The translations under genes and the position numbers were made by a program. From assembly GCA_965178125.1 (NCBI GenBank), contig OZ237735.1:620001-684000 (forward strand): a stretch of 64,000 nt of DNA, written 5' to 3'. The stretch comes from Bilabrum cf. latius. Lineage: Eukaryota. Shown in pieces: positions 30,401 to 44,040 of the stretch. The notes under the pieces were generated by a model, which saw only the letters and a list, made by a program, of their open reading frames with translations, was not told where the DNA came from and did no database searches. Position 1 is the stretch's first letter. Each line of letters starts with the position of its first letter.

Positions 30401-31510
30401 GACGCCTCCCTGGCTGGCGGCCTGCCGTTGCACGAATATGCCGTCGATGTCCTCTAGCAAGAGAATGGAGCGCGGAGGAGATTTCTAGAAGAGCTGCATG
30501 AGTCTGCGGTCGTCCACGCTGTTCCCCGCTAGGTTGACCACGCACACGTCCAGCTTTGGCTCCATCGCTCCCGCGATCGACATCACCGTGCTGGTCTTGC
30601 CGGTCCCTGGCGGGCCGTGCAGCATGTATCCGCGTCGCCATGGGACACCCCGGTCATCGTACCACTTCCTAGACGCAAAGAAGCGGTTCAAGTCAGCGAG
30701 CAGGTACTCCCCGATGTCCACCGTGCTGCCGTCAGGGCCGGCGGTCTTGTCGAGGATCACCGAGGAGAGGGGGCGAGGCTTGCGGGAATCGACCTTCATC
30801 CAGGTGCGCCAGCTGTAAGGGTGTGTAACAAATACTCTGGTGTTTTGCTGTTCTTCTTGGAAGGCGTACAGCTGCGCCTCGGCCACTAGTGTCTCGAGCA
30901 CCTTGCGATCCAGGCCAAGAGTCGAGATGCGCAGGTACCTGCGCACAGTAGGCTGATTGTCCCAGCCTTCCGTGCTAGGCTTAGCGCTCCAGCGAGTTAT
31001 CCACATGATACGCCCAGAGTACAGCAGCAAGCTCATGCCATCCCCCTCGTCAAACTTGAGAGGAGGCGGACCGCTGCCCTTCGTTTCCTTTGCCTTCCGA
31101 CGGTCAATTTCTACACGGGACGCGCGCGATGTAAGGAGCGTGTAGCTAGGATGATCTTGCAGCCACGTGCTGATATGATCGAAGCTGTCATCGCTAGATT
31201 CGACCGTGAGCTGGACGACTAGTTGGCCCCTGGCCCACGACCACCAAGCTGAAGCGTTCTGATAGACCTTGGCCCCGATCACGACGGCAAAGCCCCAGAC
31301 CCATGGCATTGACAATAAATCTACGATCCATCCACCCGCTTTGCTGTGAGGCTCTCCGTGTTCCGAACCAGGAGAATCCTCATCCGCGGTGCGCTCGGAT
31401 ACCTGCTCAGCGTCCTAGATCTACGTCACGACAGACTAGTTATCAGCTCCGAATGCAAACAAGACATTCAAACTACAAAGTACTAGCGAAAATACAGGGC
31501 TGTAGATCAT
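27461..31510 (-). CDS. Host BCS1-like AAA ATPase with SAM domain(s) and long C-terminal extension; 3' end runs into the virophage
   Basis: BCS1_N-like region, RGYMLHGPPGTGKTS, LLEDID, GLLNALDG, LDPALVRPGR; SAM-like WLFRAGMEQYLPGF...GHQRQL. Single frame joined by TAGs at 31436, 30485, 30068, 27509 and others. Start uncertain. Confidence 0.8.
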
Positions 31511-31976
31511 TAGTACGCTTGCTGAGCTGACTCTGATGCCCAAGAACAGATCGCAAAACAGCGGATTCAGACTATGAACTTCCGGTTTTGCGCGAATTGT
31601 CGGGAATAGCTTGACCGGCCTCGTTGCCCAGCCTGGTTTGATATACAGGGCTGGCATGGTGAACCACGACCCCTTTGATGGCTCGCTGGCAGGGCGTCAG
31701 CCGCAGGACTGCTGAGAGGGCGACCACTGGGCTAGAGGCAGCGGTTGGGGGTCCGCTGGAGCCACCTATCGAGCGGCGTGCTGCTGTGCCTACCAAGGCT
31801 GCCCGTGAACAGTCCGGTGATCAAGCTTTAAGACGAGTTTAGAACGACAACGGTTGCTGTACAGGCGCAGATTGCAGGCACTAGAGTCTATGACTTCGGT
31901 TGTTCCGGAGTGTTTTGAAACGTGTACTTTCAGCCGGCCAGGCGAGGCCTCATTTCCATTCCAGCTTCTGTTTCTT

Positions 31977-34385
31977 ATGGCATCCGTCGCTGCTTCCTCT
32001 CGAGCGTCATAGCTAGTAGCTCGGCTGAGCGCTGTGCGGGCGATTCTGGCCAGGAGGTCTGTGCAGGCATTCGTAGTGCCCACGTCTGACGCCCACGAGA
32101 GCGAGTACGTTGCAGACTGCGATGCGCGCAGGGTGTACCTATCTGGATTCACTGGCTCCGCAGGAACAGCAGTAATTACCGCTGATCATGCCAAGTTGTG
32201 GACAGATGGCAGGTATTTTGCTCAGGCGAATGCCGAGCTTGTGGAGCCGTGGCAGCTCGTCAAAGATCGGCTTGCAACCTCTCCGACTGTAGGAGGCTGG
32301 CTTTCCTCCGAAGAAGCAGGACTTCCTGCCGAATCATAGGTCGGCGTTGATCCTCGTACCGTGACAATCTCGATGGCGAAGAGTATGCAAGCTGCTCTCG
32401 GGGCCACGGGGCATACGCTTAAAGCTCTCGACAGCAATCCTGTCGACGAGGTATGGGGAGAAGACCGCCCGAATGCTCCAGCCGACCCTGTTCGAGTACA
32501 TCCGGACGATCTGGCGGGCGAGAGCGTGGCATCAAAGTTGGACCGGCTCAGGGAGAAGATGAGGGCGAGCAAGGCAGTTGCCCTTGTTGTCACGGCTCTG
32601 GATGAGGTCGCCTGGCTGCTGAACATGAGGGGCAGCGATGTTGAATGCAACCCTGTATTCTTCGGATTCGTGATCGTGACTGCCGCTCCGAAGGGCACGA
32701 CTGGGAGTGAAGCGTCGTCGTCCTCATCCGCCGCAGCATCTGCTTCCTCCTCTGGTGAAGTGAGCATCAACCCAAGCACCGACGGTGCGTACGTCTTCCT
32801 GCCCCCGGGCAAGCTGGACATCCCCGCGAAATCCGATGGCCCCCCTGCCAAGGGACCCAGCCCCCGGGAGCACCTGGCTGCGTGTGGGGTGCAGGTGCAT
32901 GAATACGAGCAGGTGTACGGTGCGGTGGAGAGCATTGCACGGTGGTGCGCGGCCGCCGGCCCATCCAAGCTGTGGATTGACCCCAACGTGGCCAACTGGG
33001 ATGTCCTCAAGGCGGCCCAGAGGGGTTTCCCCACCGACGGGGTTGTCGACACCCCGGGGGTGGTGCACCTGCAGGCTGGCCCCATCCCGCTCATGAAGGC
33101 CGTCAAGAACGATGCGGAGCTGAAGGGATTCGCCGACTGCCACATCCGGGATGGCGCCGCGCTTTGCCGAACGTTCGCTAAGGTGTTCGCTGACGTGGGC
33201 AAGGCCCGAGGCGGGGTTCAGAGTGCCCCCCGGGTGACCGAGTACGACGTCGCCTAGGAGGCCCTCAAGCAGCGGGGCGCGGACCCGAGCTTCTTCTTTC
33301 CCTCTTTTGCCACCATCGCGGGGTCGGGACCCAACGGGGCCGTGATCCACTACGACCCTGAGGAGGACACTGCCCTGGAGGTTAAGCTAGGGAGGCAGCT
33401 GCTCGTTGACTCAGGCGGGCAGTACGCTGACGGCACCACGGACGTGACGCGAACCATGGTGGTGCCTCGTGACTCGGAGGCTGGTGCGGCCGCGGATCTG
33501 GGGGCCTTCCAGCGCAGGTGCAACACGCGCGTGTTCCAGGGCTTCGTGAGCATCGCCAATGCTGTGTTCCCCCAGGGAACAAGGGGCGAGCAGCTCGACG
33601 CGCTGGCCCGGATGCACCTCTGGAGGGACGGCCTCAACTTCAACCACGGCACCGGTCACGGGGTGGGCGCATTTCTCAACGTGCACGAGGGACCTCACGG
33701 GATCGCGCCGAGGGGGAGGCCCTACCACGGGGGCATGGTCGCTGGCATGACTGTGACGGACGAGCCGGGGTACTACCAGGAGGGCCAGACCGTCCCGGGA
33801 GACTAGGGAGACGCCGCTGGTGCTAGCGCTGGGGCCGGAGCAAGCAAGGGCCAGGTGGCCATGGAGGGCGGGGCCGCTGCGGGCGGGAGCGGCGAAGCCG
33901 CGCTGTGCGGGGAGGGCTTTGGGTACCGCGTGGAGAACGTTCTTTCCATCGTGAAGGCGGATCGGGCCCTGTGCCCACACCGGTTCGGCGGCAGCCAGGT
34001 ACTTCGATTCGGGCACCTGACGTGGGTGCCCATACAGGCCGACTTGTTCGACCTCGAGCTGCTGTCGGGAACGGAGCGGAGGTTCCTGGACACGTACAAC
34101 GCGGAGTGCAGGCGCCTCCTGACCCCGCTGCTGCAGGCCGGTGCGGACAGGGCAGGCACGGCTGCACAGGGCCCGCACGGTGTGGCTGCGCCCGCGGACG
34201 CGGAGGACGACAAGAGGGGGCTGGAGTGGATGATGAGGCTCACGCGGCCTGTGGGCGGCTGGGACCCATCCAACGACCTGGAGAGGTCGCCGTCGCTGGT
34301 GGACTCTCCGTTCTACGATGGGCAGGGGATCCTTGGGGCGGAGGCTGCTGCGGGCGGCGCAGGCAGCAAGCGAGCCCGCACGTGA
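31977..34385 (+). CDS. Xaa-Pro aminopeptidase (aminopeptidase P, XPNPEP1-like), 802 aa
   Basis: DAHESEY, SGFTGSAG, LWTDGRY, DSGGQYADGTTDVTRT, HGTGHGVG..LNVHEGP, DEPGYY, GYRVEN. In-frame TAGs at 32010, 32337, 33255, 33804; ends TGA. Confidence 0.92.
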
Positions 34386-34620
34386 AGGTTGCACGGCAGC
34401 TTGATGGCATAGAATCCTTTGCGTCTGGGGGGCTCTTCGGGAGACAGGTTTTGCACAGGCAGGAACGAACATGGGAATGGCCGGAGATGGCACGACTCGG
34501 AATAGAAACGATTTCATAATATCGTGGTTCAGGGGGCAATAAGTTATCTGTGTGAAATATATCAAGCAGAATTCTGTGGAATACGAATTAGACTTCGACT
34601 GCTCGTGAGCAGCTGTTGCT

Positions 34621-36639
34621 ATGCTCGGCTCACAGATATCTGCTGAGGTATGGGTAGAATTGCGGGAACAGTCTCTGCTTGCGTGGCCTGTTGTGACCAC
34701 CTACCTGCTGCAACTAGCAAGCATGGTTACAACAACAATAATTGTAGGGCATCTCCCGACTGCAGTTCCACTGGGAGCGGTTGCACTAGCAAATATGTGG
34801 GTAAACTCCACTGGTTTCTCCGTGATTCAGGGGTTAGCCACCGCACTAGATACCTTGATGGCGTAGGCTTACGGGGCGAGATCCTATGTACGGTTAGGGA
34901 GGCTGGCCTAGCGCGGGGTCTGCATTCTTAGCTTAGTGTGCGTTCCCATATCGGCATCATGGTGGTTCTCTGGAGCCGTGCTTTCGAATCTTGGATAGGA
35001 CCATGACACAGTTGAGCTCGCAGAGAAGTACTGCAGGATCCTTCTTGGTGGTTTATGGCCCGCTGTCATATTTGAGGTTGCCAAGAAGTACTTGCAGGCG
35101 CAAGGTATCGTGCTTCCAGCCATGGTAGCGGCAGCAGTGGGAGCCGTCACGAATGGCATACTGGCGTATGGAGCCGTTTACAAGTCATCTCTCGGGTTGA
35201 TGGGTGCTGCCGTAGCACAAGTAGTATCACAATGGGTGATGGCAGGCATTGGGGTAGGGTACGCCGTGTGGCTTCACCTGGCCAGGCGAGCCAATGCCGA
35301 AGGGTATGGAAAAATGAAAAGCCGAAACGTATCGTCATTGCAGCAATCGAAGAGCGGCGCATCGCAACTGCAGCAAGCCGCCGTTGAATCGGAAGCGGGT
35401 CACAATGCGCACTCGACCGGCTTGGACGAGCAAGTACTAGCCGTATCGCCGAGGCAGATGCCCATAACGTGGGGAGGGCTGCAGTGGACGGCTTGTTTCA
35501 GCGTGGCAGGTTGGCTCGAGTTCCTTGGGCTGGGCCTCCCTGGAATGCTCATGTCCATTATGGAATGGGCTGTCTATGAGGCATCTTCTGTGGCTGCCGG
35601 CCTTCTTGGCAAGGAGCAGCTGGCTGCGCACGCAGTGCTCGCCCAGGCAGGTGCTCTGAGCTACATGGTGCCTCTTGGCGTGAGCGTGGCTGCGGGTGTA
35701 AGGGTAGGACAGATGCTGGGCGCGAAGGACCCGGCAGGCGCCAAACGAGCCACGTCAGTGGCCGTGTTTCTCGGCTGGACCGCCGTTGCAATCACTGCGA
35801 GCACTTTCTACCTCGCTAGGTGGCCCTGGGCCAGCGCCTTTTCGGAGGATGCTGGCGTGCGGGAGGCGGCAGCCAACTCGATGTACATGCTGGCGATCTT
35901 TACGCTGCTGGACCAGTACTAGTGCGTGCTGTCGGGAATCATGCGTGGGATGGGGCGCCAGGGGGCAGGGGCGATCGTCAACGTGGTGTCGTACCTCGGG
36001 GCCGAGCTGCCCCTTGCCTTTGTTCTATCGGGACCGGCGGGGCTCGGGCTGGACGGCGTGTGGCTCGGGATATTCATCGGAGTGGTGATATCGTCAGTCA
36101 TGCTGACGTGGCTGACGCTGCGGAGCGACTGGGAGAAGCAGAGTCGACTGGCGGCCGAGCGGGCCTCGGGGCCTGGCGGTCCATCCAGTGTATCTGACGG
36201 TAGTGCAGGGGGGAGCGGGCGGGGTGCCTACGCACAGGTGGAAGGGGGCAAGGGGGGAGGGCTCGGTAGAAATCCCGGGGTGAACGGATCTGGATCGATC
36301 GCGGGCGGGCGCAGCGATTCGGAATAGGAAGGAGGGCTCGAGGCCCCGGCAGTGGGTCGGGGCCGAGGCAGGGGGCAGGACGTGTCTGGGCATGGCCTGG
36401 GGGTGGCTGGAAGCGATAGCGACTCTAGTGGTAGCGGACTAGAGATGGTATCGAGTGGATTGCGTATGATTGTGGAGGACGACTCGGAGGAGGAGGGGGG
36501 CGGCGACAAAGGCAAGGATGCCTCCATTGTGCCCTCCGTCCTGTCCGGGAGTGCGGCGGCGGTACAGTGGGACGATGAGATGGAGGAGGCCGGGGGCTTG
36601 GATCCACTGGAAGCAGAGGAAGGCAGGAGACAACTGTGA
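34621..36639 (+). CDS. MATE-family efflux transporter
   Basis: VGHL...LGAVALA, ALDTL, KYLQAQG, EW, RVGQMLGA, GLDGVWLG. TAGs at 34864, 34909, 34996, 35920, 36325; ends TGA. Confidence 0.92.
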
Positions 36640-36765
36640 GGTACTCGGCTGGCTGTGCATATGGATGCATTGCATGCAAATGGAACGAACGAACCACTGC
36701 CGAACCTGCAACGAACCTGGCAGATCGCCGGACAATCCTCGGCCATTCCCTACAACGCCACTAGC

Positions 36766-38607
36766 ATGGAGGAGCGTATCGATGATCTAATCCGCAGTTT
36801 GGATGATGCAGTGCAGTCGGTCGATATTGATCCCTCTGGGTCCATCACTGTGAACGAGGATGCCGGTGTTGATGCAATAATCAAAGTTGGCGCACATAGC
36901 GAGGCACCAGCTGCTGCTAGGGCTGAACTTGACTCGAAGATAAGCAGGATTTTGCAAAGAACGTCACCTAAAGGCAGCAGCGATAGAAAATCTAGATCAG
37001 GTGTAGGGGTGGAGGGCTCCTGCAGGCCGACGAGTAGGTCGGACTTCTTGCGAAGGCTGGCTACGTTCAGAGTTACGAACTGGTTTGGAAAGCCACATAG
37101 GTTGAGGCCGGCAATTTGTGCAGCGGCCGGCTGGGAAAGTACAGGATCAAAAGATGCGCTGAGATGCACAACGTGTAAGAGGATAGCCTGCATATCAAAC
37201 CCCCCAACTGGATGGGGTGCTTCGGGCGGCTCATCGAACAGTGCTGCCGACAGCAGTCAACAGCCTGCTATAAGAAGTGCTATTGATACAATTCATCACG
37301 CTGGGCACGGCCCAAAGTGTCCTTGGAGAGGCGCGTAGTGCCCAATGGCATTTGAGCGGATTCGCCCAGTTCCAAGCAAGCGATTGGCATAGACTTTTCT
37401 AGACAGCACTAAGAATGTAGGCGGATTGATTGAATCACTCATGAGCAAACACAGCGGTGATGCTGCGCGCATCTCTGTGCCGTTCTGGGACGCAGCTCGT
37501 GGGGCGCTAAACCACGGTCAAATCGACACTGTGGGGGGCCTTTGCCGCCGGCTGGTCGCAGGCGCAGGGGCAGGGACCCGGTAGGCATAGGCACATGTCA
37601 GTGGTGACGCCTCCGCACTCGCTCTCTCCAACCTGCCTGGCCCGCTCGGACTGGCGGTGGGAATGGTGCTGTGCGGGTGGGGGCTAGGGGATGAGCTAGG
37701 CGATGCAATGGGCTTGTCGAGCACCGCAGTGCGGTGCAGCGATTGCGGCGCGGAGCTCCGATGCTTCCACCTGCTGCAGCAGGATCAAGGCACCGGGCGG
37801 TCAGAGGGCTCAGCAGGCCAGAAGCGAGCAAGGGAGCAGCACAGACCCGGAGCAGGTGCTTCGCCATCATCCCGGCCCCCCGCGGAGCGACGCTCCGGGC
37901 AAGGCGCCGAGGAACCTTCCGCGAAACGTCCCCGCTCAGAGGACGAAAGCAGAGCGTAGAGTGGGGCAGCCACAGGGTCAGGATCAGGATCAGCTTAGCA
38001 GGCCGCTGGGTCTGCCAGGTCGTCATCGCTTGCAGCAGCAGGCCGCGGCACAAGCATGGACGCGTCATGCATGGACCCTCGGCGATGGCACGCGTACGGC
38101 TGCCCGTGGACTGCGCGCGCGTCTCGGATGCTCGGAGAGCACGAAGTCAAAGAGGTCCTCGGCTAGGAGAGGTGGGGCGTGCTGTCTGCAGCAGCAGCGG
38201 CTGCCTCCGACCGTGCTCCTGCCACCGGTGCCCCGCCGCTTGCAGAGTCGTCAGGCGCGGCAGCCTCGAGCACCCCTGCAAGCGGAAGCGCAAGTGGAAA
38301 GACCGGAAGCTCAGCGCAAGCGCAAAGTCCGCCGCCCGGAAGGTCTCCAACCCGCGCGCCTGCCGAGGTCCGCTCGTAGGTCCTTGCCGCGCTGCACACG
38401 CTGGACAAGGCGACTTCGAGGCAGGCGGGTTTGGGGTACACTGGCCTATCAGCAGGTGCTTCTGGGTCGGAGGATGACGACGAGCAGGAAGAAGGCGTCA
38501 TGGGTGCTGCCGGGGGTTCAGTCGTCGATGGCTGGGAAGTGTACGCCCAGGCCGTCGGGGTGTCGGTGCTGGCTTTCTAGGAGCGAGGGGCAGCAGAGAG
38601 CACGTGA
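36766..38607 (+). CDS. C3HC zinc-finger protein (NIPA/ZC3HC1/Rsm1-like)
   Basis: CRP.SRSDFLRRLATF..NWFGKP...CAAAGW...LRCTTC...H...CPW; second module LCGW...CSDC...DPRRWHAYGCPW. Continuous through TAGs to TGA 38605-38607. Confidence 0.8.
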
Positions 38608-38669
38608 CGAGAAGGTTGTGTCGGTGCTGGCTTTCTAGGAGCGAGGGGCAGCAGAGAGCACCTGACGAG
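38560..38669 (+). repeat. 52-bp tandem duplication (1 mismatch) spanning the stop codon of the C3HC gene
   Basis: 38560-38611 versus 38618-38669. Confidence 0.9.
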
Positions 38670-38741
38670 CCGGGGCCTTGATCTGCACATTGTCATTATA
38701 GATTCGTCTTTTCTAAGCTTTAATCCTCCTCTAAACCCACT

Positions 38742-41700
38742 TCAAATCCTCCGTTTTCGCCTGGTCACCACCGGCACCCTGCTGCTACCTGACTGTGCTA
38801 GCTGAGCCGCTGCCTCCTAGATCTGGCCGAATGCCCGCCCAGTCGACGAGTGCTACATCCCGACCGTGCTTTCAAAGGCAGGCTCTTCCCCGCCCATGGC
38901 TGCCATCCCACCGTCTGCTAGCTCCGCACCCGCGCGCTCCGGTCCACCGCCTCGCCCCCTCCCGCTCCGCCCCGCCTCCAATGCCGCCGCCCCGGAGTCC
39001 ATGTCGAAGGTCGGATCCACGGGGGGCGGGTCGAATGCCTTGCCCCCGGGCTATCTGTCTTCCTCTGCATATTCGCCCGAATCCATCGAATCTGTCGTGA
39101 CCGGCCGCCGGTTGGCGCCGGACTGCGACCTACCCAGTCCACTACCAGAAGCCTTGCCACTGCCGGGGCGGATCTTCCTAGCCACTGGCGCTGCTGCACG
39201 CGAGCCCGAAGGCGGTCGCGGGGGTTGCTGAGCGGCCCTCGCACCCCCATGATTCTGCGCGGCAGTACCCGGGTCCGCTACCCGCCTCTGGCCCGCTGCA
39301 GCCACTCCCACACCCCCGGCCCCTTCCGCCCTTGTTTGGATCGGGCTCACCGAGCGATGATGCAGGGTCCCGCCACCTCTTTTCTACTTGACGTCCTGGG
39401 GAGGCTCCCGCCGCGACCCATCCCAGCTGCTACCGACTCCTTCCCCTTCCCCTTGCACCTGCCCCTGCACCGCAGCAGCAGGCAGCCCGGCGGCCTGCAA
39501 CCGCTCCTGCAGCTGCTTGAGCGCACGATCGAAGACGGCCTGCCTCTCCGCCAGCGCCCTCTCGGCCCCCTCCGCATCCAGAGCGCGGGCCTCCACTGCC
39601 TCCTCGTAGTTGGCCTTCTGCGCCTCCAGCTGGTTCTCCAGGGTGGCCACGCGCGCCTTGAGTCGGTCCAGCAGCCGCTGCTGCTTTGACGACGAAGACG
39701 GCGCAGATGACTTACCCCTCCGGCCTCGACTGCCAACGCCCTCGATTGCGGCCCCCTCCCTGCCCAGACGCCCCAGCTCAAGATCCAGCGCCCTGCACCT
39801 CTCCTCCAGGCCGGTCGACCTGTCCATGTACTCCTCTACCTGCCTCTCAAGCCCTTTGGACCTCTCTCTCGCCCGCTTCAGCTCGCCCCGCAGCCTGGCG
39901 CAGTCGTGCTCGGCCACCCGCAGCCTGCTCTCGGCCTCAGCTGCACGCACCTCAAGGGCCGCCGCCGCGCGCACGCCCGCACCCGCAGACATCCCAATAC
40001 CTCTCCTGTGCACAGGCCCGCTGCTCTGAGACCCCGCAGAGCCCGGGTGGGAAAAGGAAGAGGAGGACTCGTGCTTGCCGAGACTGCCCTTTAGCCTGTC
40101 GTTCTCCTCCCTGACCCTCTGCAGCTCGCCCTTGAGCCGAGCAAGCATCTTGTCCTGCACGTCGATCCGACGCTGCTGCTGCCGCGCCAGCCTTTCCACA
40201 CGAGCCCCATCCGCGGCCACTTTGGCCAGCTCCTCCGGTGCTACTCCAGTGGTCATCTGGCTGCCAGCCACTGAGGCCGACCCGAAGCCACCCTCGGTGC
40301 CAGCAGCACCACCCCCGGTGGCGAGCCCTGCCACGGACTGCCTTCCCGGGGAGGACGAGGGGACCCCCTAGGGCGACGAGATGGACGAGGCCACACCCGC
40401 AGTCGCAGCCTCCTTCGCGTCCTGCTCGAGCTGAGCCCCTGTGCGGCCGTGCACCGCGAAGGCAGCCCGTGCTGCGCGAGCACCCAGGCCGCCCGTGAAG
40501 GCAGTTCTCGCGGGAGACCCCGCCTCTGCGCTGGCCTGCTCGCGGCCCATCTGCGCCACCTTCATTTGCAGCTTGGTACGCTCTGCCCTGAGGGCCTCGA
40601 CGAGCCGGTCGTCGATCTCGGATTTCTCCTGCATGTTCCCCAGCTTCGCCTTGGCTTCCTTGGCCTCCCGCGCCACCGCCTTCATCCGTGATCGCAGGCC
40701 CTTGGCCTCGCGCCTGGATGCCTCAAGCTCCTGCTGCAGCTGGGAATTCTCCCTGACGGCCTTCTATGCCTCTGCCCTGCGTGCCGCTGCAATGCCCTGC
40801 AGTTGCCGCTCCGCCCGCGCGTCCACGTCGACGGGCCCGCTCGCCCCGCCGCCGCTGCGAGCAGACTGGGGGCCCGAGGGACTGCCCCCCCCGGGCCCGT
40901 CATCCGCGCCAGACAACAATCCCAGCCCCATGGGCACGTCAGGCTCATCAGGCCCGTCACCAGATGCAAGACCGGAACCCCCCCTGCCAGTGGCATCAGC
41001 GCCGCGATGAGACCCTCCCGATGCAGAGTGCCCCGCCTCCGCAATCCCCGCCTCCTGCAGCTGCTTTTGCAGCTTCTTCACCCTCGCCTTTAGCATCACG
41101 ATCCGCTGGGCCCGACCCCTCCACCCAGCCCTCCCTGCCCCCCCTGGGCCTCGGAAACCGGCAGACTCCGCCCCGGCCCCGGCCGCCCCCGAAGAGGACA
41201 CGGCCTTCACCACGTCTTGGAGAGGAATATCATCTCCGAGCTCATTGCGCAGGGCGCGCTCGAACTGCATTGCACGAACGCGCGACTCGTCTGCCTGCCG
41301 CTGGGCCGCTTGCGCTCGCCGAGAGGCCTGTGCCGCTTGCCGGCGCAGGCGAGCAACCTCGTCTTGCTCGTTCAAGCGAGCGTCATCCGAAACCGCTGAT
41401 TGCTTCGAAGGCGATGCTTCAGAGGCTCTAGTCCCAAATGCAAGCGATGGAGCTGCACCTGAACTTGCCTTCCTAGCGCTTGGCGTGCTGGCTGCATCGC
41501 TAGTCCCGAGCGCTGCCGCTCGCCTCTGTTTCTGCAATGCCATGTGCAACTATCGGTTCTTCCTAGCAAGATCAAGCAATTTGGCATCTCTTGCATCGCT
41601 GGCAGACTACCTCTTCTTCAGCTTTGCCGCGCCTTTGGCTCCTGCTGCCTCGATAGCCGCGTGGCGATGCTGAACTGCGAGGAGCTGCTCTGGGTCTACT

Positions 41701-42101
41701 CCATCAGGAGGCTGTATTGCGATTACTAGCTCCTCTAATCTTGCCACTTCTTTCTACTTTGCCCTCAATTTCCGCTACAGCTCTGCTGTTGCCGTAGAGA
41801 CTGCCCGCTCGACGTCTGCATGCTACCCTACGGCTTTTGCTGCTCTCATACCGCCCGGAGGAATACCACGAGTGCCTTTTTGTGTGAACTTTGGATTTCC
41901 CAGAGATCTACTGGTTGTTTGTCTGCCAGGCGATGCGGAAGTGCTGCTACTGCCGGGTGCTGGGGAGATGCGCTACTCGTCCTCATTCGGTGAATCGATA
42001 ACGTCTCCCTCAAAACCACCCAAAAGATGCAATTTCAATTCTGTGGGGGCATCTGGATCCATGCGAGACTCCTACAACGCTTCGAAATAAGGGGCTTCCA
42101 T
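38742..42101 (-). CDS. Coiled-coil protein, CCDC13-like (start uncertain: 42101 or 42128)
   Basis: LDLARKNR, GWRGRAQRIVMLKARV and KSEIDDRLVEAL motifs. Track ORFs 39051, 39384, 40368 and 40764 share one frame separated only by TAG; ends TGA. Confidence 0.7.
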
Positions 42102-42516
42102 CCGGATCAACGGAAACCACCGTGCCATGATGTTGCGTGTGGTTCCACCCATTCCTACTAAGGTCGCCGCGAAGGATAGCCCCTGCCTGGCCGCACTGCG
42201 AATACAATGCCAGCAGGAGCCTATGGTGACATCGTTTAGCCCTCCCGAGGCAGTACCGCCGGCAAGGAAGGAAACAGCCCGTCTAGTTTGTGCTCCCTAG
42301 CCCGCTTCGGCCCTGTTGGCCAGGCCAGGCCTACAAACACACCCTTGCGGCGAAGGAAGACTGAATTGGCTGGTCGGCTCGGTGGCTGACCGAATGAGAA
42401 GCCACGTAGTGTTGCACCCGAAGCAAGCTGCCACCGCCGCCGGATAGAGACAAAAGCCGACGCAGACGCACTGCCACTGGCAGTTCCGGCTTGCCGATCA
42501 GCGAAGGCCGAGCTCG

Positions 42517-43602
42517 ATGACCCGCTCCACCCAAACACACACTCGAAAGTTGCACGTAAGCATGCAGGCGAGCCCGTCCAATTCGTCCAGCATGGTACCA
42601 GCCCGACACTCAGTCGGTTGTACTGGGCGAAAACGGGCCAGAGTTGACCTTGAGCAGTGCCAAGCGCAGGCTGCAGCTGCTGAGGCCCCTGATTCCGCTG
42701 CTAGGACCCAACCCTCTGCTCTACGCAGAGCTGTTAAGTTCTCCCAGGCATCAAAGTAGCATGATGGCCCAAGTACACCAGTGCAGGCATTCACAAGAAT
42801 AGTGGAGGAAGCACTGGAGGCCGCTTCGTCAGCGCCAGGGACCCTGTGGCACTCAGGCAAGCGATGCTAGGCTATCATGAGGTCGGCCGATGTGGCTAGG
42901 GGGGTTCTTGGGCTCATTACGGATCTTAGATAGCGTATCGAGGCGATTTCAGTGGAAAATGAAGGGGAAGCACCGAGCAAGCGCAGGAGGACACTTTCAG
43001 AGTCGCCATCGCGTCGCAAATCGAGAGGCGTACCTGCGTTGCTGTGCGGGGGAGGGCCAGGTTGGCGATTCGATCAAGCTCATCTAGAACTAGTTTAGTT
43101 CATTGAACGGGTTCTGCAAGCAGGCATTGCCTACATGGAGGACTAGGCAGGCAGCTCTGTGGATGCCGGCTAGAACCCCGGTCCATTATCCGCCCAGCCG
43201 AGCACTGCCGCGAGAGGCAAGAGTAGCACGGCTAAATCGTTCTAGTGTGATAGTAACATTGCTAAAATGGGTGAGGCGAGGCAATCTACTGCAGCAGCAC
43301 CGTAGAATCAGACCGACGACGATGCAAACCAGTGGAGTGATTCAACAGTTGAAACCGACGGCCCGGAGGAGTAGGACCTGGAAAGCGAAAGCACATCCCC
43401 TAGTGCAAGCTCACGTGAATTTAGGGACGGGAGTACGAGAGGATCACCACCTTTGCTGGCGTCTTCACCCAAAGCAGCTGTTGCCGTCGGAGTTTCGGTT
43501 GAAGAAGTCAAAGCGCCGCAATTTGCGGGGACGCACAGCAGTGCTAGCTCGGCACAGTAGGATCAAGATATAGGTATGGCTTCATAGGGAGGTGCAGATT
43601 GA
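42517..43602 (+). CDS. Hypothetical protein, visible only with TAG=Gln
   Basis: 361 codons with 11 in-frame TAGs and no TAA/TGA until TGA 43600-43602; start 42517 or 42562. Confidence 0.65.
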
Positions 43603-44040
43603 CTGTCCCAGAATTGCCGCCTGGAGACGTGCGATGCAGGCTCCGAGAGTCTTGAATGTTCTGACAGCTGCACCCAATGGTTGGACGCCTCCACGTGAGA
43701 TATGATCATGTACGGGGAGCACCATGGCAACATGTTCATGCAAGAAGTACTTGGCTGCTTGTGTCGTGATTTGGTGAAGTATGAAGGGGTCCCAGCCAGC
43801 ACGAGCAGTGCTCCTCGCTTCCTCATTCGGATTTTGTGAGCCACAAGCGATTAACAAACCGAATCACAGCATTTTTAGACGTGCTGACAATGCAAGTTGA
43901 TCCAAACGATCGATCAAAGCATGCCTCCAGCTGTGCTCATGCACCCATCGCGTGTCGTGACTACCCTCGGAACAGATAAAATAGTAAGCATACGGAAGCA
44001 ATGCAGGCCTAAACAAGAACGAAAGGAGCTCTAATAACAG

